Counted from the stretch's first letter, positions 1-9,431 are shown. The stretch is DNA of 39,651 nt from Armatimonadota bacterium (GCA_026419655.1 JANZZA010000549.1:1-39651), one strand, 5' to 3'. Numbers and translations are program-made. Notes: generated by a model not told the origin, from the sequence alone.

Positions 1-147
1 ATCTTCGACGCCCATGGCTCCTGGCACGGTCGCTCTGACCGTTACGAACAGAAGAGATGGAACATCCTCTTCGCGGATGGCCACGCTAAGTCGCTCAATC
101 GCGAGCAATACGACGAGGCCTGGATGACGCCCCTCGTTGGACCGTAG
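1..147 (+). CDS. 3' end of a prepilin-type / DUF1559-like (H-X9-DG family) protein; 5' end lies outside the window
   Basis: Frame 1 is open from base 1 to TAG at 145-147. The translation ...RWNILFADGHAKSLNREQYDEAWMTPLVGP carries the LFADGH.K C-terminal signature typical of pseudopilin-like DUF1559 proteins. Only 48 aa are visible. Confidence 0.45.
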   Translation: MFDAHGSWHGRSDRYEQKRWNILFADGHAKSLNREQYDEAWMTPLVGP

Positions 148-346
148 GTCAGGGGTTTCTTGACACATCCAGGTCAGGGTGCGGTGGGGTTCAGGGGGTA
201 GGTTTATGTGGCCGCGCTGATGGCCTACAGACAAGGGTTCTTTTCTGAGGCGGCGAAGTCCAGATTACCGATTTGGGAGTATCTCAGAGGCACTGGCTGC
301 GGATGAGATGCCAGGCCAACTAGCATGGTTCAATGGGCGAAAATAA

Positions 347-1888
347 ATGTTAGCCAGGGTGCCGAGCGCAACAGTAGTCGGGTTGGACGGGCAGCCCGTG
401 ACGGTGGAAGTAGATGTGACGGGCGAAGTGCCGGCGTTCAACATCGTGGGGCTGCCCGACCCGGCCGTGCGTGAAAGCCGGGAGCGCGTGCAGGCGGCCA
501 TCCGTAATAGCGGCTATCATTTTCCCGACGCCAGAATCATCGTAAACTTGGCACCAGCCGATGTACGCAAAGAAGGCCCAATCTTCGACCTTCCTATCGC
601 TCTGGGCCTGCTAATTGCCACGGGCCAGTGCCTTACGGACGTTGCCCATACTGCCGCGGTTGTTGGCGAATTGGGCCTCGATGGGATGATTCGGCCGGTG
701 AACGGCGTCCTGCCGATGGCGCTGGGAGTGGCGGCGGCCGGCCTGCCGCGGATGGTCGTGCCGAAAGCAAACGCAAAGGAGGCTGCCGTTGTAGACAGCC
801 TGGATGTCTACGCTCCGGATACGCTTTTCGACGCGGTCCGCTTGCTGGAGACGGAATTCCTCGCAGACCGCGTGCAAGTATCGCAGGACGACCTGGCTAC
901 CGAGCAGCCGGACTATGCAGTGGATTTCGCGGACGTGCGCGGGCAGGAGTTGGCGAAGCGGGCCCTTGAAGTCGCTGTGGCAGGGGGCCACCACATTCTT
1001 ATGATAGGACCGCCGGGGGTGGGAAAGACCATGCTCGCCCAGCGCGTGCCGACCCTCATGCCACCAATGTCTATCGGTGAGGCCCTAGAAGTTACCAAGA
1101 TATATAGCGTCGCGGGCCTGTTGCGCCGTGACACAGCCCTGGTCACTCAGCGGCCCTTTCGCTCTCCGCATCACTCCATCAGCCTGGCGGGTCTTATCGG
1201 GGGTGGCAGTATCCCGCGGCCGGGCGAGGTCTCCCTGGCCCACCACGGTGTGCTGTTTCTCGACGAGATGCCCGAGTTTCCCAAGAGCGCCCTGGAGGCT
1301 ATGCGCCAGCCGCTGGAAAGCGGAGAGGTCGTCATAGCCCGGGCGCAGACGTCCGTGTGTTTCCCCGCAAGTTTCCAGCTCATAGGCGACATGAATCCAT
1401 GCCCCTGCGGACATTTTGGCGATACGGCCAGAGCCTGCAAGTGCGCCCCTGGGGATATTGCTCGATACCGCCGTCGCATTAGCGGTCCGGTACTGGACCG
1501 CATTGACATTCACATGGAAGTGGGCCGCATCAAGGCGGAGGAAATGATGGCACCGGGTGCCGGTGAGCCGTCCCAGCGTATCCGCGAGCGCATTCTGGCT
1601 GCACGTGAGCGCCAGGCAGCTCGCTACGCCGGCACACCCTTCCTCAAGAATGCCGACCTTAGCCCAAGGGCAGTACGAGAGTTTTGCCGCCTCCAAGCGG
1701 AAGCCGAAGGACTTCTGCGGGCAGCCATGGACCAGTTTGCCCTCTCGCCGCGCGCGCATGACAAAGTGCTTCGTGTCGCTCGGACTATTGCGGACCTGGA
1801 AGGCTCGGAAGACATAAAGACGGCCCACGTCGCCGAGGCGATACAGTATCGCATCACAGACCGACGTCTCTGGCTGGAAATGGGGTAG
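347..1888 (+). CDS. comM: YifB/ComM family Mg-chelatase-like AAA+ ATPase
   Basis: 513-aa ORF. The N-terminus MLARVPSATVVGLDGQPVTVEVDV is family-typical. Walker A is GPPGVGKT and Walker B is VLFLDEMPEF. A Cys cluster CPCGHFGD..CKC and a ChlI-like C-terminal tail are present. Confidence 0.9.
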   Translation: MLARVPSATVVGLDGQPVTVEVDVTGEVPAFNIVGLPDPAVRESRERVQAAIRNSGYHFPDARIIVNLAPADVRKEGPIFDLPIALGLLIATGQCLTDVAHTAAVVGELGLDGMIRPVNGVLPMALGVAAAGLPRMVVPKANAKEAAVVDSLDVYAPDTLFDAVRLLETEFLADRVQVSQDDLATEQPDYAVDFADVRGQELAKRALEVAVAGGHHILMIGPPGVGKTMLAQRVPTLMPPMSIGEALEVTKIYSVAGLLRRDTALVTQRPFRSPHHSISLAGLIGGGSIPRPGEVSLAHHGVLFLDEMPEFPKSALEAMRQPLESGEVVIARAQTSVCFPASFQLIGDMNPCPCGHFGDTARACKCAPGDIARYRRRISGPVLDRIDIHMEVGRIKAEEMMAPGAGEPSQRIRERILAARERQAARYAGTPFLKNADLSPRAVREFCRLQAEAEGLLRAAMDQFALSPRAHDKVLRVARTIADLEGSEDIKTAHVAEAIQYRITDRRLWLEMG

Positions 1889-1920
1889 CCGGGCTCGCGC
1901 TGGCTCCGGCCGGATTTTTT
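1888..1920 (+). terminator. Putative rho-independent terminator after comM
   Basis: GC-rich stem GCCGGGC (1888-1894) pairs with GCTCCGGC (1903-1910, one bulge). T6 (1915-1920) follows 4 nt later, directly after the comM stop. Confidence 0.45.
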
Positions 1921-1957
1921 GAGAAATAGACCTTGTCAAAAGGAGGATAGGTCACCT

Positions 1958-2437
1958 ATGGCAAAAATGCTGATTGCCTACTACAGCCGGACCGGGCATA
2001 CGAAGCGAATGGCAGAGGTGATAGGCGAAGCTGCCAAAGAGGAGAAGGGCGTCGAAGTAGATGTGAAGCCCGTGGACCAGGTGCAGCCTGAACACCTTCT
2101 CCAATACGACTGCATAATCCTGGGGTCCCCGGTCTACTACGGGACCATGGCAGCCCCAGTAAAGCAGCTTTTGGATGAGAGCGTGCGTTTCCACGGCCAG
2201 TTGGATGGCAAACTTGGAGGGGCCTTTGCTTCCTCGGGCGGGCCGGGAGGTGGCAACGAGACAACCGTCCTGGACTTGCTCAAGGCACTCATGATTCACG
2301 GCATGATTGTCAAGGGTATGCCCACGGGTGACCACTACGGCCCAATTGCAGTGGGCATGCCTGACGAGCGCTCCTGTGGCGAGTGCCGCAACTATGGCCG
2401 CATGATGGCCCGACTGGCCAAGCAGCTCTTCTCGTGA
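1958..2437 (+). CDS. Flavodoxin-like / WrbA-type NAD(P)H-dependent FMN oxidoreductase
   Basis: MAKMLIAYYSRTGHTKRMAE is a flavodoxin-like FMN phosphate-binding N-terminus. ILGSPVYYGTMAAPVKQLLD is also family-typical. The ATG at 1958 has AGGAGG 11 nt upstream; the track ORF starts at 1919. Confidence 0.8.
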   Translation: MAKMLIAYYSRTGHTKRMAEVIGEAAKEEKGVEVDVKPVDQVQPEHLLQYDCIILGSPVYYGTMAAPVKQLLDESVRFHGQLDGKLGGAFASSGGPGGGNETTVLDLLKALMIHGMIVKGMPTGDHYGPIAVGMPDERSCGECRNYGRMMARLAKQLFS

Positions 2438-2555
2438 GCGTCAGCACAACCTGGATAGTCTGGCCAATGCTGCTAAAGACGGTGATGCTCTAGGCCACTG
2501 CCGGCCGTCCCCAGTTCAACTGTGGGCGTAGCTTTTGCTCCGGGAGATGTGCCTG

Positions 2556-4892
2556 ATGACGAAAGCGCTAGGGACCTTATTGCCTGTGTTGACCTTGCTC
2601 TTTGCGTTGTGCGTGGCACCCCGTGCCGCTCAAGCGCAGGCTCACCCTCGACGCGTCGCCGTCATCTCCAGCTCCGGGGTGGACAATGATTTCCGAAGCT
2701 TCCACGAGTACGACGGCTGCCTTGCTAATCTGCGCTGGCCCTACGACAAGTTTCGCAACACTGAGCTGTCGTCGTTCTTCGAGAAGGCCGATGAATATGA
2801 CCTTGTCTTGACTACTTCCCTATGGAACTACGGTGACCCGCAGGACCTGGTTGGGATGATTCCTAGGTGGAAGGCGTATCTATCTCGCGGCGGGGTTGTG
2901 ATACTTACGGACATGGCCTACGCGCCGATGTGCGACTGGCTTGGTGCGTGGGACCCTGGATTAGCGATTGAATATGCCGACGCTACCAGGGACCTGGGTA
3001 GCGCACAGGCTGCTCTCGACGTTGCCCAACCTTCAACGTTCCTCAGCACGCCAAATCCAATAAAGGTTCTTTTCTACTGGGCACATTTTTGCCGCTTCGG
3101 GGAGCGATACAAAGTATGGGCGCAGACAAAGGCTGGTACTGCCATCGGGCTTGTGGCGCAAGTTGAGCGCGGCAGCCTTATAGTGACCACGGCTTGGGCG
3201 CTATCCCCCGACGCTCTTCTTAACGTATATACGAATGCCCTGGCGGTGCGGACTGGTTTTCTTGCAACCCTGACGATCCCCGAGGAGATGCCGCCGGGTA
3301 TCGTGCGGGCCAATGTGCAGCTAGAAAGCTTGCGAGACGAAGTTCTCCAAACGGAAACCCAGATCGATGTGCAGACACCGGAAGGTGCGATCTTGCAGGC
3401 CAGTCCGTGGGTGGCTGTATCTTTGCCGCCTTTAGGCCGGCAGGAGGTTGGGGTGGAAGTTCCTTGTGAGGCACGAGGAAACTTTCGCGTGGTAGTCAAT
3501 TGCCGGGGACCGGACTGGCACCAGGAGGCCATGGCTGTCCGCATCCTCAAGGTGCCGGCTTTGGTGGAGGTGCACCTGCCGCGCACTATCTTCCTGCGAA
3601 CCGACGAGGTGAGCTTCGCGGTGCGGGTTGCGCCGCGGATAGGTGAAGAAGCGAGGGTAACCATTGAGGTGGCACCCGCTTCCGGACGTCCCACCATCCA
3701 GCGCACCATTTCCGCTAGGAGCCTCCAGCAACCCAATATCGTGTTGGGCCAACTTCCCGTTGGCGCTTACGAGGTTTCAGCGGCGGCGGAAACGGACGGA
3801 GGTGCTCGTGACGAGCGAGGCGAGGCCAAGGCATCCTTCGAAGTAGTTGACCTCGACCGCCCGGCCATGGTCACAGCAGTCGGCCAAAACGGCGAGGTAC
3901 TGCTTAATGGTGAGCCGGTGTTTCTACTCGGCAGCTACCACGTTGGAACAGAAGACCTGGCGACCATCAAAGAACTGGGCTTCAACTGCGTGACGGGGCC
4001 AATTTATGGTGGCGAGCAGTCAGAGATCACGGCCGGACAGCTATCCTGGCACGACGAAGCTTATCGGCGAGGGCTGGGTGTGATAACCGAATTGAGCGAG
4101 TTTATCCGCGGAGGCCGGCGCAACTACGGTCAAGTGAAGGCTCTGGTTTCAAGGCTTCGTGTTCACCCGGCGACGATAGCGCACTACACCATAGACGAAC
4201 CTGCCGGCGGCGGCATTTCTCCGGAAGACGTCCAAAGGCATGTGAATGTGGTCCGCGAAGCCGATCCCGAGCATGTCACGATAGTTGTAGAAGTGCCGGG
4301 CCAGGCTACGACCTACGCCAACCTAGCCGACCTTACCGGAGTAGACCCATACCCGATTGGCGCGGCAGCGCCCGCCAGTCTCGCCGGGGTTGGTGCAGCG
4401 ATTAGGGAACTCGTTTCAGCTTCCCTGGGCCGACCTGTGCTGGGGGTTATCCAGGCGCATCGCCAGCCGCCTCCCAACTCTGCCAATCGCTATCCAACTC
4501 CCGAGGAGCTCCGTTGCATGGCTTATCTGGCGCTTAACAATGGGGCGAAGGGACTGCTTTTCTATGCTTGGGGCGATATGTACGAAACCGAGACAGGCCA
4601 GTGGCCAAGCGGCTTTGCGTATTCTCAGGAGCTGCGCCAAGCCTTCAAACAATTAAACGCAGAACTGTCGCAAATGGGGCTCAGGTACGTGGAGGGACGG
4701 CTTCACCGGGACGGGATCACTGTCTCGCCGCCAGACTCTCCGATTGATGCTGCCTGGGTAGAAGAACCAGGCCGAAAGACCCTCGTGTGCGTTAACCCAA
4801 CGAAGGAAACGCTACAGGTGGCTCTCACTTGGCCAGCGGGCGAAGTGATCCGGGCCTTTGCGCCATTTGAGGTGTACATAGACCAGCGCTGA
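2556..4892 (+). CDS. Secreted multi-domain protein with a glycoside-hydrolase-like (beta/alpha)8 C-terminal region; family undetermined
   Basis: The track ORF is 2535-4892; I prefer ATG 2556, which has GGGAGA 8 nt upstream. MTKALGTLLPVLTLLFALCVAPRAAQA reads as a Sec signal peptide. Residues ~445-715 of the track ORF (nt ~3867-4679) read like a clan GH-A barrel (GEPVFLLGSY, LGFNCV, HYTIDEP, LLFYAWGD). The middle ~190 aa look like Ig-type beta-sandwiches. Confidence 0.55.
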   Translation: MTKALGTLLPVLTLLFALCVAPRAAQAQAHPRRVAVISSSGVDNDFRSFHEYDGCLANLRWPYDKFRNTELSSFFEKADEYDLVLTTSLWNYGDPQDLVGMIPRWKAYLSRGGVVILTDMAYAPMCDWLGAWDPGLAIEYADATRDLGSAQAALDVAQPSTFLSTPNPIKVLFYWAHFCRFGERYKVWAQTKAGTAIGLVAQVERGSLIVTTAWALSPDALLNVYTNALAVRTGFLATLTIPEEMPPGIVRANVQLESLRDEVLQTETQIDVQTPEGAILQASPWVAVSLPPLGRQEVGVEVPCEARGNFRVVVNCRGPDWHQEAMAVRILKVPALVEVHLPRTIFLRTDEVSFAVRVAPRIGEEARVTIEVAPASGRPTIQRTISARSLQQPNIVLGQLPVGAYEVSAAAETDGGARDERGEAKASFEVVDLDRPAMVTAVGQNGEVLLNGEPVFLLGSYHVGTEDLATIKELGFNCVTGPIYGGEQSEITAGQLSWHDEAYRRGLGVITELSEFIRGGRRNYGQVKALVSRLRVHPATIAHYTIDEPAGGGISPEDVQRHVNVVREADPEHVTIVVEVPGQATTYANLADLTGVDPYPIGAAAPASLAGVGAAIRELVSASLGRPVLGVIQAHRQPPPNSANRYPTPEELRCMAYLALNNGAKGLLFYAWGDMYETETGQWPSGFAYSQELRQAFKQLNAELSQMGLRYVEGRLHRDGITVSPPDSPIDAAWVEEPGRKTLVCVNPTKETLQVALTWPAGEVIRAFAPFEVYIDQR

Positions 4893-4959
4893 CAACAAGT
4901 GACGTTGGGGGGCTTTCCCCAGCCATGCCAGCTGCGCAGGGAAGGTTGCATGGTCGGGG

Positions 4960-5871
4960 TCAGGCGGCGCGTTTGTATTGGCCCGCGGAGCGTTTTTGCT
5001 GCACCGAGGGATGGGAAGAAGAAGTCGGCGCGGCAACGGCTTCGCGGGGCGGTCGTTGTTCACCGGAGGGCATGGGAGATAGAGGGTCCGGCCGGCCTCG
5101 CTTTTCTTCTGATATCTGGGATGCAGGGCGGGCTGAGGTTTCGAATCGGTAGCCGACTGACGGCACCGTAACTATCATGGCAGGGCTGGCGGCACTGTCG
5201 CCCAGTTTTCGCCGCAGCCGGCCGATGTGTACGTCCAGAGTCCGCGTGTGGATGCTTTCGTCATAGCCCCACACTTCCCACAGGAGCTGCCGCGCCGGAA
5301 CTGTGCGGCCTGCTTCTTTAGCCAAAGCCCAAAGCAGTTCAAACTCCTTAGGCGTCAAGTCAAGTTTACGACCAGCCAACAACGCTTCATGCCGGATACG
5401 GTCCATTGTCAAGGCTCCCGCCGAGATGTGGTCTTCTTCTCGCTGCCGCCCAGCATAGCGACGGCATCTTATAAGCAATGCCCGTAGGCGCGCCGCCAGC
5501 TCCTCTACCTCATAAGGTTTGCAGATATAGTCGTCGGCCCCGAGTTCCAGGCCGCACACGCGGTCAACCTCTGTGCGACGCCTGGAAGTTAGGATTAGGG
5601 GTACTACGTCGTCGCGGCGGATCGCTTTGCACACATCGAAGCCGTCCATGTCCGGCAGGAAAAGGTCCAGTACGATGGCATCTGGGTGAAGCCTTTGCCA
5701 CAGGCTCAGGGCCTCGGTCCCAGTGCCTGCTACCCAGACGACAAAGCCGGCTGAACCCAGCCCCTCGCGTACCGCCGCGGCCACGGTCGGCTCGTCCTCA
5801 ACAACCAGGACGCGTGGACCGCCGTCAAGCCCGTGGCCGGTCCACCTCGTGGTGCCGTTTCCTGGCTTCAT
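4960..5871 (-). CDS. OmpR/PhoB-family response regulator (receiver plus winged helix) with a ~55-aa low-complexity C-terminal tail
   Basis: Receiver strings are VLVVEDEP, AIVLDLFLPDMDG and ADDYICKPY. The winged helix reads LTPKEFELLWALA...TVPSVGYRFE. The ATG at 5871 has AAGGGGA upstream. Confidence 0.9.
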   Translation of the reverse strand: MKPGNGTTRWTGHGLDGGPRVLVVEDEPTVAAAVREGLGSAGFVVWVAGTGTEALSLWQRLHPDAIVLDLFLPDMDGFDVCKAIRRDDVVPLILTSRRRTEVDRVCGLELGADDYICKPYEVEELAARLRALLIRCRRYAGRQREEDHISAGALTMDRIRHEALLAGRKLDLTPKEFELLWALAKEAGRTVPARQLLWEVWGYDESIHTRTLDVHIGRLRRKLGDSAASPAMIVTVPSVGYRFETSARPASQISEEKRGRPDPLSPMPSGEQRPPREAVAAPTSSSHPSVQQKRSAGQYKRAA

Positions 5872-6182
5872 GAGCGTCTCATTCCCCTTAGTAACCCCTA
5901 TACTGAGCCACGTGCTATGCTGCCCATTTTGTTTTCGGCACGTTGCCCGCAGGCTTAACGGTGCTCCTCCACGGGCGTTGTAAAAAGATTGCGACGCGTA
6001 CGGCGTGGCAGCAACGGTACAGCTATCCCGATTCAGAGGTCCTTCATTGTCCTGTGGGGACTACTGCAAGTGCTGGCATTGGTTTACTGAGAGCGGTGGT
6101 ACTGTACATCTCCGTGGGTTCGACCTTTTACCTGCAACCGCGTTTCGGAGGTAGCCCAGCGACTTTGCAACAGTCGTCTGTG

Positions 6183-6217
6183 AAAAAACGGACGGCCTTG
6201 TTGCCAAGGCCGTCCGT
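6183..6217 (-). terminator. Rho-independent terminator downstream of hppA
   Basis: A perfect 12-bp stem pairs ACGGACGGCCTT (6188-6199) with AAGGCCGTCCGT (6206-6217) around a 6-nt loop. On the minus strand a T6 tract (6183-6188) follows. The element lies 60 nt after the hppA stop. Confidence 0.7.
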
Positions 6218-6277
6218 GACTGCGTTCTGGCTGTCCTTAGGGCGTATACAGCAGTGTCTCGTCGAGCCTAGCAGTAC

Positions 6278-8551
6278 CTATTCTTGCTTGTCCCCAACGG
6301 AGGCGTATACCTGTATTTGCTCCTGGCTTTCGCGCTTGCTCATCAGGTAGAAGATGGCGATTACGGCCGCCAGGATTATGCCGACTATGGGCAGGAAGGG
6401 AGACCCTTCGGCTCGAACGATTAGCGGCACCACCAGCAAGCCTACCAGGTTCATAACCTTGATGAGGGGGTTAAGGGCCGGGCCAGCAGTATCCTTCAGT
6501 GGATCTCCAACGGTATCGCCAACAACTCCGGCCTTGTGAGCGTCGGAGCCCTTGCCTCCGTACAGGCCATCCTCGATGCTTTTCTTGGCATTGTCCCACG
6601 CGGCCCCGGCGTCGCACATGAAGACGGCGAGCAATTGCCCCGTGACGATAATGCCGGCCAGATACCCTCCCAGAGCCGGCCAGCCAAACCACGATCCGAC
6701 GACGACCGGCGCCAAGATAGCCAGCATGCCAGGAGCAGCCAGCTCGCGCAGAGCCGACGCTGTGCAAATATCAACGACCCTGGCCGAATCAGGTTCCGCC
6801 TGCCCTTCCATGAGCCCAGGAATCTCGCGGAACTGGCGGCGCACCTCGTTAATGATGTAGAAGGCGGCGCGTCCTACTGCGCGTATGGTCATCGAGCTGA
6901 ACAGGAAGGGCATGGCGCCTCCGATGAGCAAGCCAATGAAGACAGCCGGCTGGTCTACCTGGATGTGCAGTCGCTCCAGTGCCTCTGGGCTGATAATCTC
7001 GCCGCCTCCGCCCCCGCCCCCGACCTGGGCCAGGGCAACCTTTGAGAGATAGGAGCCATAGAGCGAGACAGCGGCTACTACAGCGGAAGCTATGGCGAAG
7101 CCCTTTGTGGCGGCCTTTGTGGTGTTCCCGACGGCGTCCAGGGATGCTAGGACCGGACCGGCCTCCTCACTGGTGCCGGCCATTTCCGAAATCCCCTGGG
7201 CATTGTCAGCCACCGGGCCGTAGGTGTCCATCGAGACCATGACACCGGTGGTGGTGAGCATGCCTAGGCCAGTGAGTGACACTCCGTATAGCACCGAGAC
7301 CGCCGATTCGCCCTCGCCCCCGAAGATGAGGAGCGAGGCGAACATAGCCGCACAAATGACGATGAGCGACCAGACGGTGCCCTCGAAGCCGACGGCCAGG
7401 CCTTGCAACAGGGCGGTTGCCGTTCCGGTCTGGGTGGAACGCGCGATCTCCTGCACCGGGCGGAACCGGCCAGAGGTATAGTACTCGGTAACCTTGTAGA
7501 TCACGAGGGCCAGGATTACCCCGCCCGTTGTTGCGTAGAACAGCCGCAAGTCCTGAACGTAGTAGCGGGCGAAGAAGAAGAACAGGATGATTGACGTTAT
7601 GGCCGACCAGAAGAAGCCCCGGCTGATGCCGGCCATGGGGTGCTCCTGGTCGGATTTGAGGTTGACCTGCATAATGCCAAGGATTGAGGTAAGCACACCC
7701 ACTCCTCGTACGATTAGCGGGAAGAGGATCCACTTCTTGGCCAGGTCCATGGCTTCTGCTGTGCCTCCGGCCGAAGCGTGAGCCAGGGCGAGAATCATCG
7801 AGGCCACCAGGGTCACTTCATAGGACTCGAAAATATCGGCGGCCATCCCAGCGCAGTCGCCCACGTTGTCGCCGACCTGGTCGGCGATGACTGCGGCGTT
7901 GCGCGGGTCATCTTCGGGTATACCTGCCTCAATCTTACCTACCAGGTCGGCGCCCACATCCGCTGCCTTGGTGTAAATCCCGCCACCTACTCGCATAAAT
8001 AGCGCGAGCAGACAACCGCCGAACCCAAAGCCCAGTAGCACTTCGGTAGCGCGCTCGCGGAATATCATGAAGATTATCGTGGCTCCGAGCAGGCCCATGC
8101 CAACGGTGTACATGCCCGCGACGCCGCCGGAGCGGAAAGCCACAAAGAGGGCCTCCCGTAGGCTTTTACGAGCTGCGTTGGCGCACCGAACGTTGCCCTG
8201 TACAGCCAGTGTCATGCCCATCCAGCCGGTGAAGGCCGAAGCAAAAGCGCCGAGCAGGAAGGCCACACCGCGGCCAATGCCAATGTCCCACCCCGCGGTG
8301 GCGCCGCTCAAGGTTAGTGCGATAAAGAGGATGACCACCATCCACGCGATGGTGGTGAATTGGCGGTGCAAGTAGGCATATGCACCGTCCTGAATCAGCC
8401 GCGCTATGCGCTTCATTTCATCTGTGCCTTGATCCATGCGCACGATCCGGCGTCTAAGGTAGTACCCGTACAGCAGACCGATGACAGCAGCGACTATTAC
8501 GCCCCACAGCGCTGCGTTTTCGAAGGGCGTGAACTCCATGCGTGTTTCCAT
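6278..8551 (-). CDS. hppA: Membrane-bound H+-translocating pyrophosphatase, K+-independent subtype
   Basis: 757 aa with ~16 TM segments. mPPase strings are GGGIYTKAADVGADLVGK, DNVGDCAGMAADIFESY and GDTVGDPLKDTAGPALN. GNTTKAATKG (7100-7129) carries the Lys/Thr pair diagnostic of K+-independent enzymes. GGAGG lies 9 nt upstream of the ATG at 8551. Confidence 0.93.
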   Translation of the reverse strand: METRMEFTPFENAALWGVIVAAVIGLLYGYYLRRRIVRMDQGTDEMKRIARLIQDGAYAYLHRQFTTIAWMVVILFIALTLSGATAGWDIGIGRGVAFLLGAFASAFTGWMGMTLAVQGNVRCANAARKSLREALFVAFRSGGVAGMYTVGMGLLGATIIFMIFRERATEVLLGFGFGGCLLALFMRVGGGIYTKAADVGADLVGKIEAGIPEDDPRNAAVIADQVGDNVGDCAGMAADIFESYEVTLVASMILALAHASAGGTAEAMDLAKKWILFPLIVRGVGVLTSILGIMQVNLKSDQEHPMAGISRGFFWSAITSIILFFFFARYYVQDLRLFYATTGGVILALVIYKVTEYYTSGRFRPVQEIARSTQTGTATALLQGLAVGFEGTVWSLIVICAAMFASLLIFGGEGESAVSVLYGVSLTGLGMLTTTGVMVSMDTYGPVADNAQGISEMAGTSEEAGPVLASLDAVGNTTKAATKGFAIASAVVAAVSLYGSYLSKVALAQVGGGGGGGEIISPEALERLHIQVDQPAVFIGLLIGGAMPFLFSSMTIRAVGRAAFYIINEVRRQFREIPGLMEGQAEPDSARVVDICTASALRELAAPGMLAILAPVVVGSWFGWPALGGYLAGIIVTGQLLAVFMCDAGAAWDNAKKSIEDGLYGGKGSDAHKAGVVGDTVGDPLKDTAGPALNPLIKVMNLVGLLVVPLIVRAEGSPFLPIVGIILAAVIAIFYLMSKRESQEQIQVYASVGDKQE

Positions 8552-8606
8552 GATGCTTTGCCTCCTTCACGACGTGGGCGGGTTGGTCTGGTGGTCGGTC
8601 TGCTTA

Positions 8607-9431
8607 TTATCCCAGCAGGCCCGCGCAGTGACACGCCAGGGTAACTAGTCCTAGAGCCCAGCAGTACACCGCGAACCACCGAAGCCTCTTGTTTCGCACC
8701 GCCCGTATCACCAAATGTATGGCGCCCCATCCGCTCACAAAGGCCGCAGCGGTACCCGCTATCAGCGCGTCAAGTTCGCCCGTACCCACTCCAATTCGCA
8801 CCGCTTCGGGTATTTCCTTGACGGCCGCCCCGAATATCACAGGCACCGACAGAAGAAAGGCAAATCGCGTTGCCCACTCCCGTTCCAAGCCCGCAAACAG
8901 CCCAGCGACTATCGTCGCGCCAGAGCGGGAAATGCCTGGTACCACTGCCACCGCCTGGGCGACTCCTACAGCCAGGGCGTGCCTCCAGCCGGTGGTCGTC
9001 TCCCTGGTGTTTCCAGTGGTGCGGACGTCGGCCGCAAACAAGAACAACCCGGTCACCAGGAGAGCCCCCCCCGCCAGAGCCGGCTCATTGAACAACATTT
9101 CCACCGGTTGCGCAAGAGCGAGGCCAACCACCGCAGCCGGGACCGTCGCCAGCAACAGCAGTCCGAAGATGCGCGCTTCGGTGCTGGGCGGCCGCCGTCC
9201 GGCAAAACGCAACCACTCCATCCCGGCTCCAAGCAGCAGCAACCAGTCACGCCAGTAGTAAGCAACCACAGCCAGCAGCGTACCAAAATGTACGGCTACG
9301 GCAAGCTGCAGTCCCGGGGGTGCCCAGCCGAGGAACGCAGGGATTATGACCAAATGTCCGGAGCTCGAGACTGGTAAAAATTCCGTGAGACCCTGCAGCA
9401 CACCCAGGGCCAAAGCTTCATGTAGGGGCAT
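8607..9431 (-). CDS. uppP: Undecaprenyl-diphosphate phosphatase (BacA/UppP)
   Basis: The N-terminus GVLQGLTEFLPVSSSGHL and the string PGISRSGATI are UppP signatures. 274 aa, polytopic. Confidence 0.92.
   Translation of the reverse strand: MPLHEALALGVLQGLTEFLPVSSSGHLVIIPAFLGWAPPGLQLAVAVHFGTLLAVVAYYWRDWLLLLGAGMEWLRFAGRRPPSTEARIFGLLLLATVPAAVVGLALAQPVEMLFNEPALAGGALLVTGLFLFAADVRTTGNTRETTTGWRHALAVGVAQAVAVVPGISRSGATIVAGLFAGLEREWATRFAFLLSVPVIFGAAVKEIPEAVRIGVGTGELDALIAGTAAAFVSGWGAIHLVIRAVRNKRLRWFAVYCWALGLVTLACHCAGLLG

Noticed and set aside
147-198. G-rich direct repeats GGTCAGGGG, GGTCAGGG and GGTTCAGGGGG flanking a TTGACA hexamer downstream of the first gene. They could be a G-quadruplex or an operator.
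   Set aside because: Only three G3+ tracts lie within G4 spacing. No -10 box sits at the right distance from TTGACA. The repeats are short and imperfect.
1085-1939. 284-aa minus-strand ORF. Other long antisense ORFs of the same kind are at 3074-3736, 8715-9377, 26881-27630, 28556-29212, 31022-31738, 32875-33474, 34955-35536, 36324-36869 and 38409-38915.
   Set aside because: Each is fully embedded opposite a CDS with strong family signatures. They are stop-poor antisense frames, which are expected at this GC content.
6116-6125. GGGTTCGACC, a tRNA T-loop-like string in the hppA / response-regulator spacer.
   Set aside because: The flanking bases cannot form a T-stem, and no acceptor or anticodon arms are evident. 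I found no tRNA anywhere in the window.
9066-9072. Homopolymer tracts considered as phase-variation switches: C7 in uppP, and G6/C6 runs at ~4906, ~20177 and ~22675.
   Set aside because: They are short, expected by chance in GC-rich DNA, and encode ordinary Gly/Pro codons. There are no associated contingency-gene features.
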